This document shows positions 48,430 through 58,157 of a DNA stretch of 64,000 bases, in pieces. The first letter of the stretch is position 1. Every line of letters begins with the position of its first letter. Origin of the DNA: a virus. The position numbers and the translations under genes were made by a program. The notes under the pieces were generated by a model that was not told where the DNA came from, ran no database searches, and saw only the letters and a list, made by a program, of their open reading frames with translations. Location: positions 6,298 to 70,297 of the IMG/VR virus record IMGVR_UViG_3300027832_000010; one strand, written 5' to 3'.

Positions 48430-49027
48430 CATTATCCGCCCATATGTTAAATGAAACAGATATTCTATTTCTATTAGATTTATTTTGTTGTACAGTATGT
48501 TGTAACCACGATTCAAATATCAACATTTCCCCCACTACAGGGCTATATTTTACATGACTGTAATTGTATTGATTATCTGCTTTTTTAATTCTGTCAAAAA
48601 AAGTATTTGATGCTCTTCGAGTTTCTAATGGATTATGAAATAGAATATCCCCAGAATTTTCTGGGACTTCTAAATAAAACACTCCGCTTATCAATGCGCC
48701 ATAATGATCATGTCTAACAAAATATGAGCCGGGTTGATTGTATTGTAACCAAGATGTTATTTCTACATAGCATCGTGGATCGTACCCTATTAGATCTAAA
48801 TACTCTCGAGATGCATTGTTAATATAATTTAACAAAGTTATATCACCTAATTTTCCTAAAAAGTCTTTATCTTTATAAAATGTGGTTAGCAATTCACCAG
48901 GTGCCGTTGGGTGAGAAAAATTAGTATCCGTAATAAACTGATTAACCAATTCGGTTGTATTTTTTACTATTTCATCGTCTACTACATATGTAGCAATAGG
49001 AATTGGAAAAACATTATCAAATTTCAT
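48416..49027 (-). CDS. 2OG-Fe(II) oxygenase (TIGR02466-like)
   Basis: RHDH, ISGVFYL, FESWLQHTV, RISVSFN. Confidence 0.88.
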   Translation of the reverse strand: MKFDNVFPIPIATYVVDDEIVKNTTELVNQFITDTNFSHPTAPGELLTTFYKDKDFLGKLGDITLLNYINNASREYLDLIGYDPRCYVEITSWLQYNQPGSYFVRHDHYGALISGVFYLEVPENSGDILFHNPLETRRASNTFFDRIKKADNQYNYSHVKYSPVVGEMLIFESWLQHTVQQNKSNRNRISVSFNIWADNDAKN

Positions 49028-49641
49028 AGCGGTAACAAATTAAGATTAATAATTACTCGATTGGTGCTTTCTATAGGATTACTAGCAGTATGATACTGCA
49101 ACCCGTTGATCCACACTAATCGATTAGCTTTAGGAGTTACTCTACTTTGCGTAGTAAACGAGTCTGGACCTAACGGCAGCGTACCAGTAGGCGTAGCCCA
49201 TTCATTAAATATTCTAGTATCTCCATCACTGTCATTAAGATAAAAAATAAATGATTCGTGAGGGAAAAAATAATCAACATGCGGTATGTTATAGTTATCA
49301 CTGGTAAACCCTTGCTTTTGAAATTTTAAACTAAGTCTTGCTCTAACTAGATGCTGCTGAGTAAATCCAAATTCTTTATTAATTTTTTCAAAGAACGGTT
49401 GTAAATATTCATAAGTAAAACTCTTAACATTCCATTCTTGTTCAAAAACTGAATGGTGAAATCCCCAAGTTTCTTTAGCTAAGGGATCTTTTATTAATGC
49501 AGAGTCGCTAGGATCAAGAGAGACATGTTCTCCAAAGAACCAAGGAAATTTTGGTCCTAGTACAAGTTCAGCTAGTTTGTTAAACTCTGCACTATCAAGA
49601 AAATTATCAAAAACTTGTAAACTGTTGCTCATGCTGATCAT
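49024..49641 (-). CDS. 2OG-Fe(II) oxygenase
   Basis: PHVD, SDGDT, QYHTA, RVIINLN; start ATG 49641, 4 nt after ATAAATA (49646-49652). Confidence 0.85.
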   Translation of the reverse strand: MISMSNSLQVFDNFLDSAEFNKLAELVLGPKFPWFFGEHVSLDPSDSALIKDPLAKETWGFHHSVFEQEWNVKSFTYEYLQPFFEKINKEFGFTQQHLVRARLSLKFQKQGFTSDNYNIPHVDYFFPHESFIFYLNDSDGDTRIFNEWATPTGTLPLGPDSFTTQSRVTPKANRLVWINGLQYHTASNPIESTNRVIINLNLLPL

Positions 49642-49697
49642 ATAGTATTTATGGAAATATTTTTTACCAAGAGTAAAAGTGATAAGTACTATTATTA

Positions 49698-50378
49698 ATG
49701 AAGGCAAAACTAATGAGTCAAAACAGTTACGAACAATACTGGAAAGATGTACATAAAAATAAATTTAAGTTTGCATCTAAAACTAATGTATCAGTGCTAC
49801 CATGGGATATACAAACTCATTATGCTAACCTACAAGAGATACTTGATATTTTTAATTTATCTAGTGGAAATGCACTAGAACTAGGATGCGGAACTGGATA
49901 CGATTCTAAATTTCTTTTTGAGCAAGGTTTCGAAGTTACTGCTATAGACATTTCTGAAGATGCTATTGAAATAGCAAAACACAACACTTCCGAAATTGAT
50001 ATTGACTATATAGTAGGAGATTTTTTTAAGGATCTACCCAACAAACAATTTGATTTGGTATACGATAGAGGGTTTTTACATAATTATCAAAATAATTTTT
50101 TAGAAATCTTTGAAAAATTAAACGATGTGATGGCCGAACATGGAAAATATATTTTTATCACCGGTAATCCAAATCAGCCAATAATCGATACATGTATGCC
50201 TCCTCCAGTCTTTTTAGGAGCAATCGAAAGTTACTCTTCGCATTGGTTTAAGGTTGTATTCGTTAAAGAAATAGTATTTAAGGTTGACAAAAATTATCAA
50301 GACTGTCTAGGATATATATTCTTATTAGAAAAAAGATTACCAAATCCTACAACCGATACAATAGTGAGAAATAAGTAA
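49698..50378 (+). CDS. Class I SAM methyltransferase (thiopurine/halide methyltransferase-like)
   Basis: LPWD, LELGCGTG, AIDIS, GDFF, FDLVYDRGFLH. Confidence 0.85.
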   Translation: MKAKLMSQNSYEQYWKDVHKNKFKFASKTNVSVLPWDIQTHYANLQEILDIFNLSSGNALELGCGTGYDSKFLFEQGFEVTAIDISEDAIEIAKHNTSEIDIDYIVGDFFKDLPNKQFDLVYDRGFLHNYQNNFLEIFEKLNDVMAEHGKYIFITGNPNQPIIDTCMPPPVFLGAIESYSSHWFKVVFVKEIVFKVDKNYQDCLGYIFLLEKRLPNPTTDTIVRNK

Positions 50379-50382
50379 TATT

Positions 50383-51852
50383 ATGAAAGTAGAAACTCTA
50401 ACAATAGTAGGAGGCGGAACAAGTGCATGGATGGCTGCAGCCTATATATCACATAACCATCCTGCAATTTCAGTAACTGTTATAGACAAAGAAGTAGGAA
50501 ATTCAATAGGAGTAGGTGAAGCTACACTATTAACTTTTCAGCCATTTATGGAAGAATGCGGATTTCCTATAGATGATTGGTTTACAAAAATAGATTGCGG
50601 ATATAAGTCTGGAATTTTATTTGCTAACTGGAGGGAGAAGGGTAATAATATTTGGCATCCTTTTTTTAAAGGTAATAGAAGAATTACAGAACACTACCAT
50701 TTATGGGACGTATGGTCTCTAGTTCAAGAATTAGATTTTAAAACATATAGTACGGGCAGCTATAGCTCTAGTATACTACACAATACTGTTGACTCTACTA
50801 ATCTTCACAGTTATGCTTCTCACATTGATTGCGGAAAATTGGTTTTATATATTCAAGATCAATTAAAAAATAAAATTAAAATTATAAAGTCTGATGTAAT
50901 TATAGTCAATAAAGATGACAAAGAAAATGTAGCTTCTTTAGAACTTAAAGACGGAAGTATAATCTCATCTGATTTATACTTAGATTGTACAGGATTTCAT
51001 AGTATATTGAGGAAATCTAAGAATAAAGTAGATTTACTAGGAAGACTATTTGTTAATACTGCTGTAGTATGTCAAGTACCATATCAAGATAGACCAAACG
51101 AATTTAAACCATATGCAGAATGCGAGGCTGTTGACCACGGATGGATTTGGAAAATTGGGGTGGCTTCTCGTATTGGTAGCGGGATGGTTTTTAACAGAAA
51201 TATTACTGATCCTGAAGAAGCAAAGGATTACTTTGTTGAGCATTGGAATAATCGAATCAAGAAAGAAAATGTTAGAATAATTAATTGGGATCCTTTTTAT
51301 AATACAGATCCATGGTCCGGAAATGTAGTTCAAATTGGGTTAAGTAATGGATTTATAGAGCCGCTAGAAAGCACAGGCATAGGTTTGATTACAGTAGGAA
51401 TTACTCAACTAAGCAATGCAATAATGGAACAATGGTATGGTGATAATGATGTTGCTAATTTTAATTCACAATTGAATACACTGTATGAAGATTGTATTGA
51501 TTTTGTAAGTATGCATTATGCTAACAACAATAGAACTAGTAAATTTTGGAATTATGTTAGAGATACATTTGTTCCTTCAGAAAGAATGTTACATTATCTC
51601 GACAGATTGACTAATCCTAATATTAAAGTTCCTGTTGACGGGAAATATAATTATATGTTTGGTGGAAGCAGTTGGTCTATGCTACTACAACAACTTGGTT
51701 ACGATATTGCTCCTCGTACCATTCCGTACTCGAAAGAGTATGCTACGGAAGTTATGGCTAGAAACTATATTGAGTATGAAAAAAATAAACATATCTGGAG
51801 TCGGCATCATAGCAGCGAAATTGATAGAATTATTGAACTTGGCAAATTATGA
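50383..51852 (+). CDS. Flavin-dependent tryptophan-halogenase-family enzyme 3
   Basis: GGGTSA, GVGEAT, GYKSGI, GWIWKIG, FIEPLESTG. Confidence 0.9.
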   Translation: MKVETLTIVGGGTSAWMAAAYISHNHPAISVTVIDKEVGNSIGVGEATLLTFQPFMEECGFPIDDWFTKIDCGYKSGILFANWREKGNNIWHPFFKGNRRITEHYHLWDVWSLVQELDFKTYSTGSYSSSILHNTVDSTNLHSYASHIDCGKLVLYIQDQLKNKIKIIKSDVIIVNKDDKENVASLELKDGSIISSDLYLDCTGFHSILRKSKNKVDLLGRLFVNTAVVCQVPYQDRPNEFKPYAECEAVDHGWIWKIGVASRIGSGMVFNRNITDPEEAKDYFVEHWNNRIKKENVRIINWDPFYNTDPWSGNVVQIGLSNGFIEPLESTGIGLITVGITQLSNAIMEQWYGDNDVANFNSQLNTLYEDCIDFVSMHYANNNRTSKFWNYVRDTFVPSERMLHYLDRLTNPNIKVPVDGKYNYMFGGSSWSMLLQQLGYDIAPRTIPYSKEYATEVMARNYIEYEKNKHIWSRHHSSEIDRIIELGKL

Positions 51853-52595
51853 ATATAGTTAATTGGTCTTTTATTACCAGCCAGCAGGTTAATATAGATC
51901 ATCTAACATGCATTACTAAATTATTGGACGAAGATTATTATCCCTTCAAACACCTATCATCTGATATAGTTGCTAATAGGAAAGGTGCTGCTTTTTTAAA
52001 ATGCCCTGCGCATACTGATTTTTTAAAAAACACATTTATCTTTTGTGCGCCATTTGATTTAACTATAGAGTTAGATATTTGTAATGAAACGAATACAGTT
52101 AAAATATACTGCGAGAATATTTCTCAAGAAGCATTTGAATCAATTATTGATACTAGATTTTTATATGATAAAAATCGCGGAGTTTCCGAATATCCTCTGT
52201 TAGGAATTGATTGGCTAACTGTATTCATTGCTGATCAATCAACTATAATTCAGGTATTCCCAGCATTTATGCATCGAAATGATTTTACAGAAAAAACTAC
52301 TATTGTTCCTGGCGAGTACGACATTAGTAAATGGACCCGTCCTATTGAAACAGTCTTTGAAATTAAAAATATCAAAGAAAAAATTATTATTAAAAAAGGT
52401 GATGCTATTTCTTATATCAAATTCATAACAGACGATATTACTAAGTTAGAACAGATTAGCACACCGTGGAACGATATTATTACATGTCATAATATTGTAA
52501 ATTCAAATAGACTTAGACCGTTAAAAGAACGATATAAATCATTAGAAGAGATAAAATTAAATCAGGAATGTCAGTATGATTCAAAAAATAAATGA
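51849..52595 (+). CDS. Hypothetical protein (KCP...APFD family, possibly dUTPase-like fold)
   Basis: FLKCPAHTDFLKNTFIFCAPFDL; coupled between halogenases 3 and 4. Confidence 0.55.
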   Translation: MNIVNWSFITSQQVNIDHLTCITKLLDEDYYPFKHLSSDIVANRKGAAFLKCPAHTDFLKNTFIFCAPFDLTIELDICNETNTVKIYCENISQEAFESIIDTRFLYDKNRGVSEYPLLGIDWLTVFIADQSTIIQVFPAFMHRNDFTEKTTIVPGEYDISKWTRPIETVFEIKNIKEKIIIKKGDAISYIKFITDDITKLEQISTPWNDIITCHNIVNSNRLRPLKERYKSLEEIKLNQECQYDSKNK

Positions 52596-54087
52596 AATTG
52601 TTATACTCGGAGGCGGCTCTGCTGGTTGGCTTACTGCACTATATTTAAAAAAAGTTTTTCCGGATAATAACTATACACTCGTCGAGGATCCCGCTACTCC
52701 TCCAATAATTGCAGGAGAAAGCTCGGCTGCAATTTTAACTTCATTTTATAATTTTTTAGAAATCGATCAAACTGATTGGGCTATAAAAACACATGCATTA
52801 CCAAAATTAGGTAGTAAATTTATAGACTGGAACGGTGTTGGTACAAATTTTATTCATGGTTTGATTTCAGATCAATATCGCACTGCTTATGATAGTAATT
52901 TTTTGTCAACATTTAATTTAAATAGAGATTTTATATCCTGTGCTCTTGCAGAAAATATAAAAATGGAAAATATTTTTTATTGTTCTGAAATGATCAAACA
53001 AGATAAATTGCCAATAATACAAAAATCTAACAACACGTTTGAAGCACTACATCGTTTTATGTGGCATTTCAATAGTAGAGAAAACGCTGCATATTTAAAA
53101 AATCTAGGGCAACAGCGAGGAATTAAATTAATTAAGAAAAAATATGTTAAATCTAATCTAGATGCATTGGGTAACATATCATCTGTAACTGTTGACGATG
53201 CTACTAATATTGTCGGGGATTGGTTTTTTGATTGTAGTGGATTTGCAAGGTTATTATTACAAAAAACTCTAGGGGTTACTTCAACGGATTATTCTAATTT
53301 ATTTCCAGCTAGAAGTGTTGTGGCTTGGTGGGACAGTAATACTACATTAGTAAACTATACTGCTGTGACTGCAATGAAATATGGGTGGTCTTGGAGAATT
53401 AATTTAGACGATCGAACCGGCAACGGGTATGTGTTTGATCCCGATCACATTACCCCAGATCAAGCTGTGGAAGAAATAAAAAATAAATTTAATACTGACA
53501 TAGTGCCAGTTGCAAATTTAAATTTTACACCATCATTGGTAAAAGAATATTGGAAAAATAATGTAATTGCTATAGGAATTAGTAGTGGGTTTTTAGAACC
53601 GTTAGAATCTAATGGTCTTGGGCAGGTAATTACACAATTAATACTATTAGAAAAATTTTGGAATCCTACTGAAACTGGACTATTCGATCAAAAATTATAT
53701 AATGATGAAGTAACTAGTCAAATGAAAGAAATTATTAATTTTTTATCATTGCATTATAAAGGACATCGTAGAGATACAGATTTTTGGAAAAGTCATTCGT
53801 TTGATTCCAATAGAACCAACGACTATCTAAAAGAAAAAATTGAACAGTGGAATGAAGGTATTCTTGTTGACAATGATCTTACTGTGTATCCGTTTGAAAG
53901 CTACGTTACTGTAATACAAGGGCTTGATTTAATTAATTTAGACAAGCTAAAAAAGCGATTATGTACTCGACCTAACATATTTAAAAATTTTTATAAATCG
54001 TATAACAATACAATGTTAGAAAAACAAGAAATTATTGATCAGAGTTTAGATTTAAAAACATGGTACCGTTTAATGTTTGACAAATAA
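52576..54087 (+). CDS. Flavin-dependent tryptophan-halogenase-family enzyme 4
   Basis: GGGSAG, IAGESS, ALPKLGS, GWSWRIN, FLEPLESNG. Confidence 0.9.
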   Translation: MIQKINEIVILGGGSAGWLTALYLKKVFPDNNYTLVEDPATPPIIAGESSAAILTSFYNFLEIDQTDWAIKTHALPKLGSKFIDWNGVGTNFIHGLISDQYRTAYDSNFLSTFNLNRDFISCALAENIKMENIFYCSEMIKQDKLPIIQKSNNTFEALHRFMWHFNSRENAAYLKNLGQQRGIKLIKKKYVKSNLDALGNISSVTVDDATNIVGDWFFDCSGFARLLLQKTLGVTSTDYSNLFPARSVVAWWDSNTTLVNYTAVTAMKYGWSWRINLDDRTGNGYVFDPDHITPDQAVEEIKNKFNTDIVPVANLNFTPSLVKEYWKNNVIAIGISSGFLEPLESNGLGQVITQLILLEKFWNPTETGLFDQKLYNDEVTSQMKEIINFLSLHYKGHRRDTDFWKSHSFDSNRTNDYLKEKIEQWNEGILVDNDLTVYPFESYVTVIQGLDLINLDKLKKRLCTRPNIFKNFYKSYNNTMLEKQEIIDQSLDLKTWYRLMFDK

Positions 54088-54106
54088 TTTTAGGATGATT
54101 AATAAT

Positions 54107-54762
54107 ATGACAAAAATAAATTTATTCTCACCTATCTTTTACAAGTCTAGAATGGATCCGTTACTGTATAATAAAGATGAACTTTATTTAGATTTAAAAC
54201 ACAATTACACATTAAACAATTCTAGAAAAGTTGAAGAAGCTGCGGCGGATTATTTTCCCGACACTAATTTTCATGTATATTATAAAGATTGGGATAATTT
54301 AAATTATAAAAAAATAGATTTTACTTTGCTATACAATCAATATACTCAAGTAATTGAAGAATTTTTGTCTACTATTGGTTTTAATAATAATATAGAATAC
54401 AAATGGTATACTGTTAATATTAATGTAGCTAAAAATGGATTCTTAGATGAACATGACCATAACGGATCAATTCAGGAATATAAAGATTGGCCACATCAAT
54501 TTTCTTTAGTACACTATTTTTCATTAAAACCACATCACTCTACTACATTTTTAAATCCAATAGGAGCTTGCACAGGGTTAGGAAAAAATTAGATAATACT
54601 GCTATAGAAAATTCATCGTATTTTCAAAATTTTAACTTGCCTATGTTGGAAGATGATATTATTATCTTCCCCTGTTATATTAGGCATAGAGTTGATGAAA
54701 GCAAAATAACTACAGATGATTTACGAATTACTGTTGCAATAAACATAACAATTAAAGAATAA
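54107..54762 (+). pseudogene. TIGR02466-like 2OG-Fe(II) oxygenase split by a -1 frameshift at an A6 run
   Basis: Frame 1 (EHDH, FSLVHYF) stops at GGA AAA AAT TAG (54592); the -1 frame continues KKLDNT...FPCYIRHRV...RITVAINI. Confidence 0.8.
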
Positions 54763-54795
54763 TTACATCACAAAATCAACGCTACCTAAGAAAAA

Positions 54796-55932
54796 TTAAT
54801 ATTTTACAATAACTACGCCAGAACCGCCGGTACCTCCGTGTGCTCCGGATCCGCCGCCTGTGTTTGCTCCTCCGGGGCCGCCGCCCACAATAACACCGCA
54901 GGTGTTGCCTGTGTTAAGTGCTTGTCCGCCGCCCATAAATTGACGACCTTGAGCGCCGCCTGTTAACGGATTATTAGGGTTTGGCGCAGCTTGACCTCCG
55001 TAAGGTCCTGCATGATGATAGCCACCGCCGCCACCGCCGCCAACGCCTCCGGCATAGGTTCCCCATCCTAAATGGCCACCACCACCACCACCGCCGCCCC
55101 AGTAAAGTGTTGGTCCTAGTGTGTCTGCTGCACGACCTACTCCGCCGGTTACTTGATCACTTCTAAATGATCCTCTATAATTTTGTCTACCATCCGGAGC
55201 ACTAGCGCCGCCACCACCTGCTCCACCACCACCACCACCGTTGTGAGTGTTTTCATTATCTACGTTAAATCTAACACCGCTTCCGCCTGGATAACCTTGG
55301 CCGCTAACACTCAATCCACCATAATTGCGGGTGCGACTGTCAATGCCATCACCTGTGTTGGCACCTCCGCCCCCAGAACCGCCTGGGCGCCCTGCTGTGG
55401 GTGTGCCTAAGCCCCCTGGTTGAGAATGGTTCCAAGTACCTCCTTGGCCGCCGCCCGTGCCTGTCAAACTTGAAAATACCGAGTTTGATCCGTTATTGGT
55501 GCCGCCACCGCCGCCGCCTACTGTTACTGCATATCCTGTACCGGCTGTTACTGGAAAACTACGATTAAGTATTACGCCACCGCCACCGCCACCACCTCCC
55601 CAAGAGCTGCCGCCGCCGCCGCCACCGCCAACAACTAATACTTCAACAGTACCTGTAAATGTGGGCGTAAAAGTATGGCCGCCTACACCAGTAAACATAT
55701 GAGCAATGCCACCTCCGGGAATATATGTTATTGTGTCGCCGCCTGTTCCTACAAGACCTGGACTGTATCCAGTTACAGGACGCCAACCTGCATTATCATA
55801 AAATTCTAGTGTGTTCTGTCCGTTTGTTGTATTGAGTCTAAGTTTTGCTGTACCTACACCGGTACTTGTGGCATTGCTTGGTAAACTCAGTGCCGATGTT
55901 GCTGTAAACGTAGTATTTTTTAAAATTGCCAT
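54796..55932 (-). CDS. Glycine-rich (polyglycine II) fibre-tip/adhesin-like protein 1
   Basis: LEFYDNAGW, VEVLVVGGGGGGG, GQGYPGGSG, LYWGGGG, terminal GGSGVVIVKY. Confidence 0.8.
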   Translation of the reverse strand: MAILKNTTFTATSALSLPSNATSTGVGTAKLRLNTTNGQNTLEFYDNAGWRPVTGYSPGLVGTGGDTITYIPGGGIAHMFTGVGGHTFTPTFTGTVEVLVVGGGGGGGSSWGGGGGGGGVILNRSFPVTAGTGYAVTVGGGGGGTNNGSNSVFSSLTGTGGGQGGTWNHSQPGGLGTPTAGRPGGSGGGGANTGDGIDSRTRNYGGLSVSGQGYPGGSGVRFNVDNENTHNGGGGGGAGGGGASAPDGRQNYRGSFRSDQVTGGVGRAADTLGPTLYWGGGGGGGGHLGWGTYAGGVGGGGGGGYHHAGPYGGQAAPNPNNPLTGGAQGRQFMGGGQALNTGNTCGVIVGGGPGGANTGGGSGAHGGTGGSGVVIVKY

Positions 55933-55944
55933 AGTGTTTTTTCC

Positions 55945-57078
55945 TTAATATCTTACAATCACAATGCCTGATCCACCGTTTCCAGCAATGCCGTATGCGC
56001 CCCCACCTCCACCACCTGTGTTATCTCCAGCACTGCCGCCATGATAATGTTGATTTCCGCCGGCTCCAGAATTTAACGCCATTCCGCCGCCAACTCCGTT
56101 GCCGTGGGGCGAGCCTGGATAGTTTGGGCCGCCGTGTGTTTGAGTTGAGCCGCCACCGCCGCCGATGCCGCCACTAGATGATAGAGTACTGTTACCATGG
56201 TGCGTTGCACCGCCACCGCCACCACCCCAGTATAAGGTATATCCCATGATGCTGTTAGCTATTCCAGGGCCGCCGTCCGCTAACAGCCCTTGTTGCTTAT
56301 CATCTTCGCTACTAAAACCAGGACCTCCTGCACCGCCGCCGCCACCTGCGCGGTGACTGTCTTCGCTTTGACGATTAAAACGGATTCCGCTACCGCCAGG
56401 AAAGCCTTGTCCTGCAACTCCAAAGCCTCCCAAATTTTTATTACGACTATCATTAGGACCGGTATGTCCATTAGAACCGGCGCCGTTTGATCCTGGGTTG
56501 CCGCCTCCGCCTGATCCCCCTGGGCGTCCAGCATATCCGTCCCAAGATCCACCACCACCACCACCTTGGGCAGTGATAGAGCCAAATACACTATTTGATC
56601 CGTTAGTTGACGATTGTGCGTAAGCAGGTGGTCCTGCTGCTGTTCCAGCTACTGTGATTGGAATGCCAGAACCGGCACTTACAGGAACCGCTCTGCTACT
56701 TATTATTCCTCCTGCACCACCGCCTGCTCCTAAATGTCCACCGCCTGAACCGCCACTAGCGATTACTAACACTTCAACAGTACCTGTAAATGTCGGAGTA
56801 AATGTGTGTGCTCCTGCTGAAGTAAACATATGTACTACACCGTTGGCTCTTCCTACATTTGATCCTGCGTATAAAATAGTATTTCCACCAGTTCCAATAG
56901 ATCCTTTACTAATACCAGTAATTGGGCGCCACCCTGTTGCGTCATAAAATTCTAATAAATTGTTTGCATTATTAAGACGAATCATACCTGGAGTAGGCGA
57001 TGGTCGCTGAGCAGTATTACCACTAGGTATAGTTATAAATCCTGTGTCGTTGATAGATGTGTTTTGTAGAGTTGCCAT
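55945..57078 (-). CDS. Glycine-rich fibre-tip/adhesin-like protein 2
   Basis: PSGNTAQRP..GMIRLN..LEFYD; GQGFPGGSG; LYWGGGG; GGSGIVIVRY. Confidence 0.8.
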   Translation of the reverse strand: MATLQNTSINDTGFITIPSGNTAQRPSPTPGMIRLNNANNLLEFYDATGWRPITGISKGSIGTGGNTILYAGSNVGRANGVVHMFTSAGAHTFTPTFTGTVEVLVIASGGSGGGHLGAGGGAGGIISSRAVPVSAGSGIPITVAGTAAGPPAYAQSSTNGSNSVFGSITAQGGGGGGSWDGYAGRPGGSGGGGNPGSNGAGSNGHTGPNDSRNKNLGGFGVAGQGFPGGSGIRFNRQSEDSHRAGGGGGAGGPGFSSEDDKQQGLLADGGPGIANSIMGYTLYWGGGGGGATHHGNSTLSSSGGIGGGGGSTQTHGGPNYPGSPHGNGVGGGMALNSGAGGNQHYHGGSAGDNTGGGGGGAYGIAGNGGSGIVIVRY

Positions 57079-57089
57079 TTATTAATTCC

Positions 57090-58157
57090 TTAGTATCTAA
57101 CTACGACTATGCCAGAGCCGCCTGCGCCATGTGTTGATCCACCATTGCCGCCGCCGCCGCCGGTGTTAGCTCCACCATTGCCGCCAAATCGAGCATGGCT
57201 GTCACTGTTAGATGCATTTCCGCCTTGATTATATGCCTGGCCGCCGCCTCGACCATTACCTAATCCTGGACCAAACCCCGGAACATAGTGAGCAGCGCCA
57301 CCACCACCACCACCTACTCCGCCGTCACCACCACCGCCATCACAAATGTGTGGGCCGCTTGCGCCGCCGCCGCCCCAGTAAAGAATTTCGCCTAAAATAT
57401 CGTGTGCAATACCGGGACCACCGTGTGTGGCTTGCTGTTGATTTTCATCTTGACTGGCTAGTCCTGGACCACCTGCTCCACCACCACTACCACCATTATG
57501 TGTGTTTTCACTGTCGTCGTTAAATCTTACGCCACTACCGCCAGGAAATCCTTGTCCAGTAATACCCGGTCCTCCGGAGACTCTAAATCTATTTCCAGTT
57601 ACTCCGTCACCACTATTGCCACCTCCGCCGCCTGATCCGCCTGGACGACCCGGAGTGTTACTATTCCATACTCCGCCAGTGCCGCCACCAGTTGCGCTGT
57701 TAGGACCAAAGTTGCTTGCGCCGCCTTGTCCACCTGCGCCGGCTCCGCCGCCTACAGTTAAAGGAATTCCAACACCGGCACTTACAGGAAATGCTCTGTT
57801 AAATACTACGCCACCGCCACCACCACCACCACTCCAACTGTTTGCTCCTGCTCCTGCACCACCTGCAACTACTAATACTTGTACCCAACCGGTAAATGAT
57901 GGTGTAAAGGTGGCTGCTCCAACTGCGGTAAATTCATGTACAATACCATTACCTTTTTGATATATAGATCCGCCGGTGCCTATTGTGCCCTGACTATAGC
58001 CAGTAACTGGGCGCCAATTAGTTCCGTCGTAAAATTCTACTAAGGCAATAGTTGTATTATATCTCATCATTCCATATGCTGGACTTGCTGGGCGCTGTGC
58101 AGTTGTACCCTGAGGTAACGTTAAGTCTGTAAAAGATGATGCTAGGAGATTAGCCAT
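57090..58157 (-). CDS. Glycine-rich fibre-tip/adhesin-like protein 3
   Basis: PQGTTAQRP..GMMRYNTT..EFYDG; GQGFPGGSG; LYWGGGG; GGSGIVVVRY. Confidence 0.8.
   Translation of the reverse strand: MANLLASSFTDLTLPQGTTAQRPASPAYGMMRYNTTIALVEFYDGTNWRPVTGYSQGTIGTGGSIYQKGNGIVHEFTAVGAATFTPSFTGWVQVLVVAGGAGAGANSWSGGGGGGGVVFNRAFPVSAGVGIPLTVGGGAGAGGQGGASNFGPNSATGGGTGGVWNSNTPGRPGGSGGGGGNSGDGVTGNRFRVSGGPGITGQGFPGGSGVRFNDDSENTHNGGSGGGAGGPGLASQDENQQQATHGGPGIAHDILGEILYWGGGGASGPHICDGGGGDGGVGGGGGGAAHYVPGFGPGLGNGRGGGQAYNQGGNASNSDSHARFGGNGGANTGGGGGNGGSTHGAGGSGIVVVRY

Noticed and set aside
54981-57960. Pro/His/Arg-rich plus-strand ORFs (e.g. 57502..57960, 55457..55702)
   Set aside because: Antisense shadows of GGN poly-Gly codons; no independent signals.
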